Below, one piece after another: positions 1-12,700 of a DNA stretch of 34,336 nt. The position numbers and the translations under genes are program-made. Within the stretch, counting starts at the first letter, position 1. Each line of letters starts with the position of its first letter. The notes under the pieces are model-generated. The model was not told the origin of the DNA. It was given only the letters and a program-made list of their open reading frames with translations, and searched no databases. Source of the stretch: Jimgerdemannia flammicorona (taxonomy: Eukaryota); contig RBNJ01000277.1 of NCBI GenBank assembly GCA_003990765.1, positions 1 through 34,336 of the forward strand, given 5' to 3'.

Positions 1-3000
1 CACTACACCAAACCCCTGCAGTACCCCCCACCCATCCCCCAACCCTGCCACCAGCTATTCAAAATGTCCAACAGCAACCATTCCCACCATACCACCTTCT
101 CACCAACCCCAACCTAATGCCTGTCCTCAAATACATATACCCAATGCCCCACCAGCCCAACCCACATAGCCAAGGCCCAGCCAAGGGTTGGCCATTTGTC
201 CCCAACCCCACCCACTAATTACTGGTGAAGCTCTCCCCATCTCCCCCCTCCCTCTCCTCCCCCAGCCCCCAACCCTACCCTGTCCATAATACATCTCCAG
301 AACTCCCCCAAAACCTCACACTCATCAAGCCAATGTTCAGGCATTTGTACCACTCCACCCTCCTGACCAACATTGAAACAATCCTCATACTCGAATACCC
401 CACTATCCACTAAGTGACCAGACTGAAAGTTCAACATCACATTCCGCCATAGGATCTGCCACCACACCAACCAGAACTTGGGGGGCAGCCACTGCCTCAC
501 CCATTTGCTCCAAAGCCAGAGCCCATTCCAATCCCATTCCTCCCTGATTCCAACCCTCTGCCAGGCTTCAGCCACAGGTCTCCACCTAAGCCTCGCAGAT
601 ACTCCAGACTCTCGCCAAGCTGAAAGTCCTCCACCAGAACACCACCCAATAGAAGCCTGTCCCATCTCCACATCTGTGATCCCCAAACCTCCTCGGCCTC
701 ATCACCTCACCACCAAAGTCCAATTTTCTTAGCACCATCTACTGCTCCCCACTAAAAGCCTGTAAACCACATCCTCCAGCTCCCTTCTATGGCCACTATT
801 GCAAGCAGGTCACTGGAGCCACCACATGGGGAATATCGAACCTCCCACAACCTCTGCATGAGTGGCACCCACTCCCAACCTCTAAGCTCACTTGCCCTCC
901 TTAGCCATCAGGCCCTCAGACATAGAAGCTGTTTAGTAAAGTCCACTAAGCCCAGCCCACCTCTTTCCAAGGGCAGTGTGAGTACCTCCCAACCAATCTG
1001 GCTCTGCCGCCCTCCCCAAATCCATGACCTCGCCATTTTCAACAACCCCTTAACCACCCAAGGTGGGAAATCCAAATGATATCCAACATACCATAGCTTC
1101 GGCATCCAGTACACATTCAATACCATCATCCTTCTGGCTAGGGACATATGCTGGCCTCTCCATCACATCAAGACATTACCCCACTCCAGCAGTTTACGGT
1201 CCCACCATGCCCAGGGGAGAAGAAATCTGAACACCGAGAAGTAGATCCCCAAGTAGCGCACTGGTTCACCAGCCAGAACCACTATTCCAATAACATCGCC
1301 GCCAACAATTCCAGCACCCAGCACCAGCATCTTGCATTTGTGCCAGTTCAGTTTAGCACCAGAACCCCGCTCATACCATTCTGCCATCCCCTGTAACTCT
1401 CTAACATCCCACAAGAAACCCAGCCTGACCACCATATCATCAGCAAAGGCCCCCACCTTCCAGTTCACCCCTAAAATGTCCAAACCTCCAATCTTATGCT
1501 GAATCCTGTCCAGTAGTGGCTCCAGGGAAAGGGCATACAATATGGGTGATAAGGGGTCCCCTTGTGGCACCCCACAGCCCAGGGGGAAGGTCACCCCCTG
1601 GTGGCTATTGATGACCAGTGCCACCTGACTGTCCTCCAAGAGGCTGATTAATGAACCTCGGAACCCCAGGGGGATACCAATCCACTTCAGCACTCCCTCC
1701 AGCCATATTCTCCACACTCTATCATAAGCCTTCTCCTGGTCCAGAAACACCAATCTGCCATCCACCCCTGTAGCCTGGGCACCTTCAATCACTCCATGAA
1801 CCCAGGCCATCCTATCTCGAATCAACTGACCACCGACAAACCCACGTTGCTCCAAACTGAGCACCTGCTGAGCGATCCCTTGCAACCTCATCACCAAGAT
1901 TTTCATCACCAGTTTGTGGTCCATGTCCAGAAGCATAATTGGTCACCAGTTCCTCCAATCCTCACACCTGCCCTTGTTCTTATATAGCAAGGAGACTAGT
2001 CCCAAGTGCTGTCATCCAATCCAGGCACCAGACCGAAGAACTTCATCACACATAGCAATCATTTCTTCTAGCACCTCACTCACCCCTGTCATCTTCTGCC
2101 AAAAATCCCAGAGGAGTCCATCCTCTCCCAGGGCTGTCCCTTTACTCATAGAGGCCACCACCTTGTAGATCTCCTCGCCACTCACTGGGTCCCCCAATGC
2201 CCCAAGTCCCATTGCAGGGTCCAGGTACCAATCCCCCAGCTGCCTTTCAACATCCAGAGCACCCAGTCCCCCTTCATCCTCACTCCAAAGATTCCCCCAC
2301 TGGGATCGCAATAGGCCTAAAATTACCAGGGTCCCCACCACCAGCTCGCCATTCTTGTCCAAAACTCCCTCCCACTGCTGCCTCATTTGTCTTGCTTGTA
2401 ACAACCACAACAAGAACCTGGTAGGTCTCTCCCCTTCCTCAAGCCCCTGCCATCACAAGCGGGCCACCATCCCCTGCAGCTGCTCCTCTTCCTCCCTTCT
2501 TAGCACCCCTTTGAGCTCCTCCACCTCCTGCCAGATTCTTGCAATATGCCAATCAGCCTCGGCCCTATTCTCCAGCACACCTGCCCATCTCTCCATGAGC
2601 ACTGCCAGACACCGTGAGGCCCACATCACCCACTGCCTTCACTGGGCACTCTTTCCTTTCTCTGCTTCCCTCCAATACCCCTGAGTCTTCACCTTCAACC
2701 TTCTCCAGCTGTCCCCAATTGCCAGTCCTTGATCCCGCCATCTGCCAATATCTCCAACCACCTCCATTTCCCAGCCCTCCCACAACACTCTATCCTCCAA
2801 CAAGGAAGAATTTAGCTGCCAATGTCCAGGCCCATCCTCCTTTCCCCCAAACCTCCCCCCTCCAAGCAACCCCCAATGATTAGACCATGGACACCATATG
2901 ACTCCCAGCACCATCCAGACATCTGCTCCCCAACACTCTACTGTTAAAACCCAGTCAATCCTAGAGCCCAGTCCTGCTGCCCAATGGGTGTATACCTGCC

Positions 3001-3555
3001 GATCAGCCCAAAAATGTCTCCCCGAGTCCACTAACGAACACAACCTTTCCATCTCCAACCAGTCTGCCAACCCACCACTTTCACCTCATATGCCTCTTCC
3101 TCCATCAGTTCTGTCCAACTCCTTATCCCGTACCATGTTAAAGTCACCCCCCATACAGTCAAGCCCAACTTCTCCCAATAAATCAGCCTCTTTCAATCTG
3201 CGAATTCAATCCACTCTCTCCCCTCTCTCAGCTGGGCAGTAACAAGACCCAACCATCAGTGAGCCCCTTCCAGACCTCTTCCACACTCCCCACACTATCC
3301 GAGACCCCCAATGTCCAATGTCCCCAATGTCCCCCATCCCTTTCCAAACAAGAATACCCACTTTCCCCCTCCAAACTGCTGCACCCCCCATTCCTTAGTC
3401 CAATCCTGTAAATCCACATCTGCATCATACCAAACATCCTATAACAAGAAGAGGTCTGCATCCAGACCCTGAAGCCAACCAAAGATGTACTTCCTCCTAG
3501 CCACCCCCCATAACCCATTAATGTTCAATGAGAATATCCTAGTTGTACTGTTCAT
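1..3555 (-). pseudogene. LINE-A ORF2 (APE endonuclease - reverse transcriptase - zinc finger), disrupted
   Basis: ATG at 3555 (MNSTTRIFSLNING), 31 nt after the ORF1 stop. Fragments 3206-3391, 2639-3070, 2012-2413, 1163-1936, 908-1147 and 219-686 carry the motifs in the expected order. Confidence 0.92.
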
Positions 3556-3586
3556 ATTGAATAGACATTGTAGAAGAGACCCCAAT

Positions 3587-5502
3587 CTATAATTCCATGC
3601 TCATCTCATCCCTCGCTAGGTCCAAGCACTGCTCAGCTTCCAATTCATCCTCTGCAATATCCCGAGCATCCAGTGCCCCCAAGATTTCCTGACACTCCAC
3701 TCTGTCCACCTCCTCCATATCTGCCTGGTAATCCAAGCAGACTGCACACCACTTCTCTAGTCCCTTCCTTGAATTCCACAAGAAAAGTGCCCTGTCACTC
3801 GCAATCCCTCTAAGTTCCTCCTCTCCCCGATCATCAACCTGATACTCAACCGACTCCAGGAGGACAGCCAAGATCTCATTCCTCATCTTCCTCAGCACCT
3901 CTTCCCCATGTAGAATCTCCTCCCAATACCTCTCCTCCATCACTCTGAAGTCCTCACCCCCCAGCTCTTCAGCCACTACCCCTTCCAGAGTCTTCCACAT
4001 CCACTTCTCCTCATCTACTGCCTCCGCCGCCCCCTGAGCAATTTGACCCCCATCTACCTCAGGGTCCACCAGCACACTCCTCCTCACCGACTCATCCCAC
4101 TCCTCATCTGGCATATCCATCAGCTCCTCCTCGCCTTCTGCCCCATTCAGTACACTATACTGAGGGTGCCCACCTTCACCCATTTCAGCATCTGCCTCCA
4201 AAATAACCTCCCTCCCCTCCCCAACTCCAATCTGAGCCCTGCCCTGGGCCAACTCTCCCCCTTCAGCCCAGGTACTCTCCTGCAACCCTGCAACCCCCTC
4301 CCCAGAACTTCCACCAGCCCTACCCCCACCCAACTTCGCCAATAACTCCTTCTGGATTCTCCTCCCCTGCATCTTCTCCCAGGCCCCTTTCTCCATCTGG
4401 ACCCTCTTCCCATCCACCTCCCCCACCACCATTCGGGCCTCAAACTCCTTCCAGGCCAATCTCCTCCTTGCAGCTGCCCCTTCCAGGTCCTCCAGAGCCT
4501 CCAACAGATCCTCCTCCTCCTCCTGAGTCCCCTTCACCCTAGTGACCTTACACTCCACTGGTCCCCACCTCAGTATTGCTGGCTAGTCCCTCGACTTCCC
4601 CATGTTCTCCTTTCTAGCCAGCCTCACTCTGACATCGATGTCGCCAGTTCTAAGCTCCATGCCCTCCCAGACCTTGAACCCAACATCCACAATCTTGCCA
4701 TACTCCTTGATCGCCTCCACAACCAACTCCCTGGTCCTTTCCTTCAACACAGTAGGAAGGTCCAACACTGTCAACTGTACCACCCGAGGGTCTCAGTGCA
4801 TGCATCAGGCCATAGGGACCACAACTCCACCAACCATTACCCCCTTCTCCATGGCTGCCAACAAGGCATCTTCCTCCTCAAACCCCACCTCAACCCCTTC
4901 CTTTCCCCTCAAGAACTTCACCAATGCTGCTCCCTTAGCCTCCTGTGCCACCAGCTCCAAAATCATCCTCACCGTCATGGCCAAGCCCCAGAAGCACATC
5001 ATGACCATGAATTCTGACCTCAACTTCTTGAGTAATGGGGCCGACACCATGCCCATCACCCCATCAGCCAGGTCCCTGGGCCTCATGCCCACTCCAAGTC
5101 TGGAATCACCAACTGCCATCACATCTGGATTTTTGGCCAGATCCCCAGTCACAGCCCCATTAGCAGTCACACCTCCAGCCCCTACTCTGGCTCCTTCCCT
5201 ACTACCAGAAGTACCCCAGGGTACACCTCCCAAACCCCCAGCAGCAGCCATCAGTGTCTTCCCCAGCCCAGCCAACCATCTAGCCCAGAAGCCATCTTCC
5301 CCATTCTGACCTTGTCAGCAAAGGTCGACCTCTCCCCTCCTCTCTGCCTCAGACTGCCCCTCCCTCCACCACTAGGGCCTCAGCTAGCCATTGAGGTCCC
5401 TGGCATCCCCAGACCATCTCCCCTCCTCCCCACCTGCTGCCAGCCAAAGGCACCATCACCCCCCTGGCCAGTATGCTCACCAGTTTGATCATTGCCATCC
5501 AT
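3587..5502 (-). pseudogene. LINE-A ORF1 (RRM-like region plus acidic helical C-terminus), disrupted
   Basis: ATG at 5502 (TAACATGG) gives MDGNDQTGEHTGQ, homologous to LINE-B MATDRQSEVHTGQ. STFADKVR motif. Fragments 4805-5275, 4583-4783 (EYGKIVDV..RTGDIDVRVRL) and 3587-4558 are separated by stops or a frameshift. Confidence 0.8.
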
Positions 5503-5606
5503 GTTATTAGTCATTGGACACCAAAAATGTTGTAAAAAGTGTTGTCTGAGTCTTGTGTCACCCCAATGTTACTGTGCCATGCATGCCTCTTCAAGGTTTT
5601 CAAAAT

Positions 5607-7835
5607 CAACTCTGAAAGAAACCAAGCCCAACAGACTGAGGAATCCAAACAAGACAACTCTCCTTGTAAAGGATGGAGAGAAACTGACTTCAAGGAGACT
5701 GACAGCAATTGGGACAACAACAATGAAGATGAAGAGCTCAATACCATCAAGAAGAAGGACAGTTGCATCAAGTTCACAGGCCATGTCTACAGACAGAATG
5801 TCAATGTCTTGCTTGATAGTGGTACTACTGGAAACTATATCAGTACCAAGACCACCAAGAGGATTGGAGCTCTAAACAGACCAGTAACTGAGAAAAGAAG
5901 TGTTACCTTTAGTGATGGAAAAACTGCACCATTGACCAAGATCTGTGAGGATCTCTTGCTCAAGATTGGCAAATATCAAGAGAAGTTGGACTTCAGCATT
6001 GTAGATCTCCCAGGACAAGATATTATCTTAGAAAAAGCCTGGTTGACCCAGTATAACCCAGACATCAACTGGAGAACCAATGAGGTTAACCTGACCCATG
6101 AAGGCAGAAAGATCACCCTGATACCCCAGGAAGGTACCAATTACCAAGAAATCAAAATCATCTTGGCCATTCAAATGAAGAGACTTTCTCAAAAAAAGGA
6201 AAACACCTACTTCATCTGTATAGTACAAGAAGTCACTGAAGCTATCAGTAGCCCAATTCCAACAGAAGCTCAAGAACTATTCAAAGAATTCCAAGATGTA
6301 TTCCAAGACCCCCAAGGACTTCCACCCAAGTGCCAAATCCAACATGGAATTGATCTTATCCCAGGATCTGAACCCCCATACAAGAGTATCTACCAACTGG
6401 TCCAACCAGAGCTCAAGACCCTCAAGGATGAATTGACCAAACTACTGGCCCAAGGATACATTGAATCCAGCCACTCTCCATTTGGAGCCCCTATTCTATT
6501 TGTCAAGAAGAAGGATGGCTCTCTGCGAATATGTATTGACTACAGAGCCCTCAACAAGATCACCATCAAGAACCAGTATGCCATACCTAGAATTGATGAG
6601 TTGCTATACCAAATCTTCAAGGTCAAGACCTTTTCTCTACTGGACTTGCAAAATAGCTACCACCAGATTCTCATTGATGAGAAGGACATTGAGAAGACAG
6701 CTTTCCAAACACGGTTTAGACACTACTAGTTCTGAGTCATGCCTTTTGGATTGACCAATGCACTAGCAACATTTCAGTATCTGATGAATGACATCTTTGG
6801 ACCACTCCTCAACATCTGTGTCCTTGTGTATATTGATGATATACTAATCTACAGTGAGACAGTAGAGCTACATTACACCCATCTCAGACTACTGACCCTC
6901 CTGCGGGAACACCAGCTCTATGCCAAGATAAGCAAATATAAGTTCTATCAAGACCAGATTGAGTACTTAGGATACATCATCTCTGCCAAAGGTATCAATG
7001 TGGACCTCTGAAAGGTATCAGCCCTTAAGAATATTTCTATCTCTACTACCCTCAAGCTACTCCAGTGCTTTCTGGATATTGCTGGTTATTACTGAAGGTT
7101 TATCTAAGGATACTCTGCTATTGCAGCTCTATTAACCAGCCTGACTCACAAAGGAGTGAACATCAAAACTGAATGGACCCCTGAATACACTCTGGCTATG
7201 GACCATCTCAAGAGACTCCTTACTGAGGCCCCAGTACTAATTGCACCTGACCCTACCAGATCATTCACCCTGACCACAGATGCCTCTGACATTGCTATTG
7301 GAGCAGTACTCAGCCAAGAAGACCACCCAGTGGCCTATCTTTCCCAGAAGCTCAAGCCAGCTGAGACCCAGTATATCACCCACAAGAAGGAACTCCTGAC
7401 TATTGTCACTGCACTTCAGGAATAGCACCATTTCCTCCTAGGACAGCCATTTGTGGCCTACACTGATCACTATACATTATGGTATATCCACACACAGCCC
7501 ATGCTGACCCACAGACAAGCCCGCTGGATGGAAATTATTGCTAACTTTGATATGGAAATCAAGTATATCTCAGGCAAAACCAACCATGTGGCTGATGGTT
7601 TCTCTATGTATATGGAAGATGAACTTGTCTTCATGGTCAAGGTAATTGGAGACCTCACTCAGATGATCAAGGAAGACTACCAGCAAGATAGCCCCCTGAC
7701 GAAATTTCTTCAATTCTGCCAAGACCCAGAGGCCGAGGTTCCAGAACCCATGAGGCAAATGGCCAAGAGATTCACCTATCATGATGGACTTATCTACAGA
7801 GACCATGACAGAGTGGTTGTACCCAACAATGATAC
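5607..7835 (+). mobile_element. Gypsy-A: Ty3/gypsy pol fragment (aspartic protease, RT, RNase H), truncated before the integrase core
   Basis: LLDSGTTGNYI (protease); SPFGAPILFVKKKDGSLRICIDYRALN, MPFGLTNA and YIDD at 6829-6840 (RT); TTDASDIAIGAVLSQ, KELL, YTDH and NHVADG (RNase H). Multiple in-frame stops. Confidence 0.95.
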
Positions 7836-7934
7836 TTGATTCGATTCAAATCAAATTGAATTGGACCCTTGATTCAATTGAATCTAATTGAGTTTGGGCC
7901 AAATTTGATTTGATTCGATTTATTGGGAGCACTA
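7836..7934 (-). mobile_element. Probable terminus of a hAT-like DNA transposon or MITE
   Basis: The minus strand begins TAGTGCTCCC, fitting the hAT (T/C)A(A/G)NG start, followed by dense direct and inverted degenerate GATTC/AATCG pentamer repeats. No homology to Gypsy-A or to the 3' LTR. Only one end is visible. Confidence 0.5.
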
Positions 7935-8010
7935 ATAGTTACTCATGCCTGCCATACTTATAATTAGTCAGAATATCAAATTGAGGTTATTTATCTATAT
8001 TCTGAGAACA

Positions 8011-8090
8011 CTCCTATGTCTGGCAGTCACACTCATGTCCTACAGATATACTTATGTCCTATAGACACACTCATGTCCTGTAGATATACC
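8011..8090 (+). repeat. LTR-internal ~20-bp tandem repeat (actcatgtcctgcagacac-like, ~4 copies)
   Basis: Visible directly; counterpart at ~31726-31805 in the 3' LTR. Confidence 0.8.
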
Positions 8091-8430
8091 CAAATATTAT
8101 TAGAGATAGTAAATTTATAATTATCCAGATAGCAATCAGATAGCAACCATAATATATAAAATACCCCAGAGATAAGAGTGAATAAATCTCAGTTCAAATT
8201 GAAGTACAAACCAAAGAAATCTCTAAAGATTGAGCATTGGTCCCCTTTTCCCACTTCAGTCCACTTTCTGATATAAAGAATGAGTCTGTTTTTGGTTTGC
8301 TTATCAGATAAACCAAAAGAATTCAAAAAATCTACCAAGTTCAAGAAAGAACTTCATCACTATTCAAGTAATCTGCTGCTTAAGAAATAAGCTACAGTTT
8401 TCAAAAAGGAGTTCACCATCTTGTCACCAA

Positions 8431-8650
8431 AGCCAGTCTGTTGATGCAACTTTACAGTAGAACCAGTCTATTGACATAACTCCACATAAATGAAGCCAGT
8501 CTTGATGCAACTTTGCTCAAGAAGTCTGCATTCCCAGAGATCTCTTAAGGAATCTTGCCACAAGCCAGTCTCTTGATGCAACTTCACAGTAGAGCCAGTC
8601 TATGATATAATCCCATGCAAATGAAGCCAGTCTTTGATGTAACTTTGCCA
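8431..8650 (+). repeat. LTR-internal AGCCAGTC..TGATGCAACT array (6 cores; a 3-unit block duplicated with a ~132-bp period)
   Basis: Cores at 8431, 8461, 8494, 8563, 8593 and 8625; counterpart at ~32144-32360. Confidence 0.85.
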
Positions 8651-8808
8651 AGAATCCACCATCTGAGCTACCCGAGTTATCAAATTATCCAATATTCCCA
8701 GAAGAGCCAATTCAGAAAGAACCTGCATCACCTAAGTTATTCATGCTATCTGAGTTATTTCCCAAGAGCCTGCCGATTCAGGAAGAATCCATGTCATCTG
8801 CTGTTTTC

Positions 8809-8890
8809 GAGTTATCTGAATTATCTGCCCTCTGAGTTATCCGAATTATCTGCCCTCCAAGTTATCTGAATTATCTGCACCATCCGAGTT
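8809..8890 (+). repeat. LTR-internal 25-bp tandem repeat (gagttatccgaattatccgccctcc), 3 copies
   Basis: Units at 8809, 8834 and 8859; the 3' LTR has 4 units at 32522, 32547, 32572 and 32597. Confidence 0.88.
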
Positions 8891-9322
8891 ATTCACTCGT
8901 TCCCAGTGAGCCCAATTCAGGAGAATCTGTGCCAAACCAAGTTATCCGCCAAATCACATAAGGAAATCTGCCAAGATTGTCATGTTACACAGATATCACC
9001 CGCCACTCAAGAAGGAAACTGCTAAATTACCAGATTGTTCCACATAAGGAATCTATCCCACTATACAAAAGATTATCAAATAGAAATCACATACTTTTGG
9101 AGAATGCATATGCTAGAATTGCTGCTACACCCAGCCAATAAGAAAATCAACACACAAATCGACCATTGTATCCAGACTTAACAATTATACCACTAAACAC
9201 TAAGGACATTAGGAATCCTAGAACATTTTGTTGCTTTTTGACAAAGTAGCTAGGGGTGCAAGCCAAACTACATTAATCCCCAAACTTATAATTTGCCTCC
9301 ATTGAGCTGGGCACATTACATT

Positions 9323-9340
9323 TGGGAGCTCAACTGAGAA
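9323..9340 (+). promoter_or_regulatory. Putative primer-binding site, possibly tRNA-Pro
   Basis: TGGGAGCTCAACTGAGAA, 2 nt after the LTR end. Matches the classic tRNA-Pro PBS TGGGGGCTCGTCCGGGAT at 12/18; 4 of the 6 mismatches are G->A or C->T. Confidence 0.55.
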
Positions 9341-9704
9341 GATTTCAAAATTGAAATGACTTTTCAGCTCACAAGAACCCACAATCAAACTGGATACATT
9401 TGATACAACACCAATCTCAGTTACTATAGAAGAATCAGTCATCACCAGTACTTGGACAGAAAGAGAAGTAATTACTTCAAGACTTGCCAACTATCCAGTA
9501 TCAGAGGGATCCCAACCAGAAGTCAGTACAGTATAGAATTCCCAGCCAGCACTAATAGACTTATTACAGTATCAACTAGATGAACTAGATTATACAGTCA
9601 GCTCTGCTAGAGCTTTTGATAAGCTAGCACAACAACTTCAAGACCTCATTGAACAAGCCTGATTTCCCACAGAAGACTGACTAATTTTACCTATTGACTC
9701 TCTA

Positions 9705-12700
9705 TATATATATATTTTTTTTTTTTTATAGTTACTTGGACTTCACCATTTATTACTAATCTATTAATAAGTTTACAGTATTTTCTCCCACTACTCTATC
9801 CCCATAGGGGAACCTCTCCCCATATCCTTATAAATAAAAACCACCTTCTAACCCACCACTCAAACCCTCCCCCCACTCTGCTTACAGATTTTCTCTACCA
9901 AATGATACCTTTGACCACTCTGCAACCCCCAATCAAGCCACCAGCTTGTTAAGGTGTCTTCTATAAGGCTATGCCAATGCAACAGCCAGACCCCCAAGCC
10001 TAGTCTCCTCCTATCCTCAAAAACAAATAACTTGTGACTGGCCAGCCTGATCCAAATGACCAAAGCCCAGCCTAATGTAAGCCACTCCTTTCCCACCCCC
10101 TCCACCAGTCTATCCCTCAAATCCTCCCACCACCCCTGCATGCTACCTCCCCTACACACTACCCCCAAACAATCTCCAATGGCCCACCAAAAGTCATTAA
10201 GTATCTCATACTCTCCTAGTCAATGTTCAGGTATCTGCATATATTCCTATTTCTGTCCTACATTATAGAACTTCTTACAGTTGAAGCAACCTCTCTTAAT
10301 AAGGTGACCCAAGCCAAAGTTGAGCATTATATTTCTCCTTAGTATATGCCACTAAGCCACCCAGTACTTTGGTGGCATCCATCTCCTCACCTCAGCACTT
10401 CAGGCCCAAATGCTATATCAGTTCCACTCTTTTCTGATTTCTACTCCTTACCAACCACTAGGCCACAGATCCTGGCCTGGTCCCCTCTGGCATTCTACTC
10501 CATCACCAATGTCAAACTCTATTAAGGGAGTGCTACCCAGCAACACTTGGTCCCATCTTCACATTGCTAGATCCCAAGTCACCTCTCCTTCATTTTCCTG
10601 TCAATGAATTCCAATACAGTACACCCCCTCTGCTACCCCTCACCAGAAGCCTTTGTATTACAATTGTTCAGTGTTCTGAAGTCCAACCAATAATAGGAGA
10701 TCTCCTATCAAACCTCCTGGCAAGGACCTTATCTCCCAGACCTTCTGCAATAGAGAGACCCATTCTCTCTCTCTCTCAACTCCATGGCTCTCTTTAATCA
10801 CCATGCTCTCAAGCAGTGCAACCTCTTTGGAAAGTCAACCAGCCCAAGTTCACTACTTGTCACTAGTAAAGACAAGACCTCCCAGCTGATCTGACTCCTT
10901 CTTCCAGCCCAGATCTACCCCTTGGCCAGCTTCATCAATCTCTTCATCACCCAGGCAGAGAAGTCCAGATGATAAGCCAGATACTATAACTTCAGCAGCC
11001 AATAGACATTCAAAATCAAGACACACTCTGCCAGAGACAATTGGTGACACCCCCAACTCTGCAGGGCCTTCCCCCAGATTCCAACCTACTGCTCCCACCA
11101 AGGTCTGGATAGAACTGATCCATATACTGACAAATAAATACCCAAGTACCATACTGTCTCACCAGCAGAGATGATTGTTCCAATAACCTCCCCTCCTACC
11201 AGACTATTGCCTAACACTATTGTTTCACACTTATGCCAGTTAAGCTTAGTCCCAGAGTTCTCCTCATACCACTCCACTATCTCCTGGAGCTCCTCAACAT
11301 CAGCAATTGATCTCAGGCTGACCACCATATCATCCGCAAAGGCCCCAACTTTCCACCCAATGCCAAAGATGGAGAGTCCCACTAACTTTTGTCTGATTCT
11401 GTCCATGAGAGATTCTAGGAAAAGAGCATACAAAATGAGAGACAGTGGGTCCCCCTGGGGCATTCCCCTATCTAGGGGAAATACTACCTCTCTATTTCTA
11501 TTGTACATAAGTGCAGCCCTACTCCCTTCCAGTAGGCTGACTATTACTGATCTGAACTGGTACAGAACTCCAGTCCTATTCAATACTCTTACCAGCCAGA
11601 CTTGCTGCACTTAGTCATAAGCCTTCTTCTGGTCCAAGAAGACCAGTTGTCCATCCAGTCCACTAGATCATGCTCCTTCAATAACTCCATGTACTCAGGC
11701 TGTTCCATCCCTACTGAGCTGGCCTCCTACAAAGTCCCTCTGCTCAATATCCAAGACTTGCTGGACCACCTTTTGTAGCCTTGCGACCACTATCTTAGTA
11801 ACCAACTTTCTGTCCATATCCAGCAGCATAATTGGCTGCCAGTTCTTCCAGTCCTCTCACCTTCCTTTATTCTTATAAAGCAATGTCACCAGCCTCAGAT
11901 CCTACTCCCCCACCCATCTCTCTGTCTATAGTATAAAATTACACAATGCTGTCATCTCACTCAGTACTTTAGGAAAACTCACCATCTTCTTCCAGAAGTC
12001 TCTGGGCAGACCATCCTCTCCAGGCACTGTACCCGATGTTATCACAGCAAGAACCTGGCAGATCTCCTCTTCTTGTACTGGCAACACCAAGTCACCCAGC
12101 CTATTTACTTGTGGAGAGTGCTAATCCTCCAATGCCTGGTCAATAGCAGCAGTATCTGCCCCACTCTCTTCCTCACTCTACAGTCCACTCTATTGCTCCT
12201 TTAACAATTCAAGAATGTCTTGTATACCATGTACCAGTATACCATCAGTATCAAGCACCCCCTACCACCTTTGTTGCACTCTTCTTGCCTAAAGGGCCCT
12301 TGTGAGATACTTTGAGGGTCTCTTTTCTTCCTCCAAACTCTGCCAATGAAGCTGCACCACCAAGCTCTGTACTCTTGCCTCTTCCTCTTCCTGCAATACC
12401 TATTGTAGTTCACAAACCTCCATTTTTACCCTCATTAATCTCCAATCCTCTTCCCCCTCTAACATCACCAGCCATGCCCATTCCTTTAAGAGTCTAGACA
12501 GTCTACTAGAAGCCCATCTCACCTGTCACCTCCTCTGTTTCCCAGCCTCCTTGCCAGCCTCACTCCAGTATGTCCTGGCCAACTCTTTCATCCTCATCTA
12601 CCAAACACCAACTGGGGCACCTTCCTGCCTCCAGTGCTCCACCCTTAGTTAAATATCTGCAGCCCACTCATCCTACCAGATCTTGTTATCTAATAAGGAA

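Larger units (their letters stand above)
1..5606 (-). mobile_element. LINE-A: L1/Tx1-like non-LTR retrotransposon, degenerate; 3' end lies just outside the window
   Basis: Minus-strand ORF1, AP-endonuclease motifs (RIFSLNING, GSCYCPA, MGGDFNMV, SRIDW, WSNHW), RT motifs (LDQEKAYDRV, GVPQGDPLSP, GAFADD, RYLGI) and a C-terminal H-x4-C zinc-finger remnant. The 5' UTR aligns with that of LINE-B; both end at tcaaaat on the + strand. Confidence 0.95.
7935..9320 (+). repeat. Gypsy-B 5' LTR (first ~53 bp missing)
   Basis: Colinear with 31651-33102 from atagttactcat to gggcacattaca; ends in CA. Confidence 0.93.

Noticed and set aside
4602..5309. Long plus-strand Ser/Pro/Thr-rich ORFs (also 14649-15284 and 24093-24896)
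   Set aside because: Antisense shadows of the G-rich LINE ORFs; no independent motifs.
5539..5606. N-terminus of the 396-aa ORF (MLSESCVTPMLLCHAC...)
   Set aside because: It is the antisense of the LINE-A 5' UTR fused by chance to the gypsy frame.
8431..8650. CRISPR-like periodic AGCCAGTC repeats
   Set aside because: Spacers are short and themselves duplicated, the array is inside both LTRs, there are no cas genes, and the context is eukaryotic.
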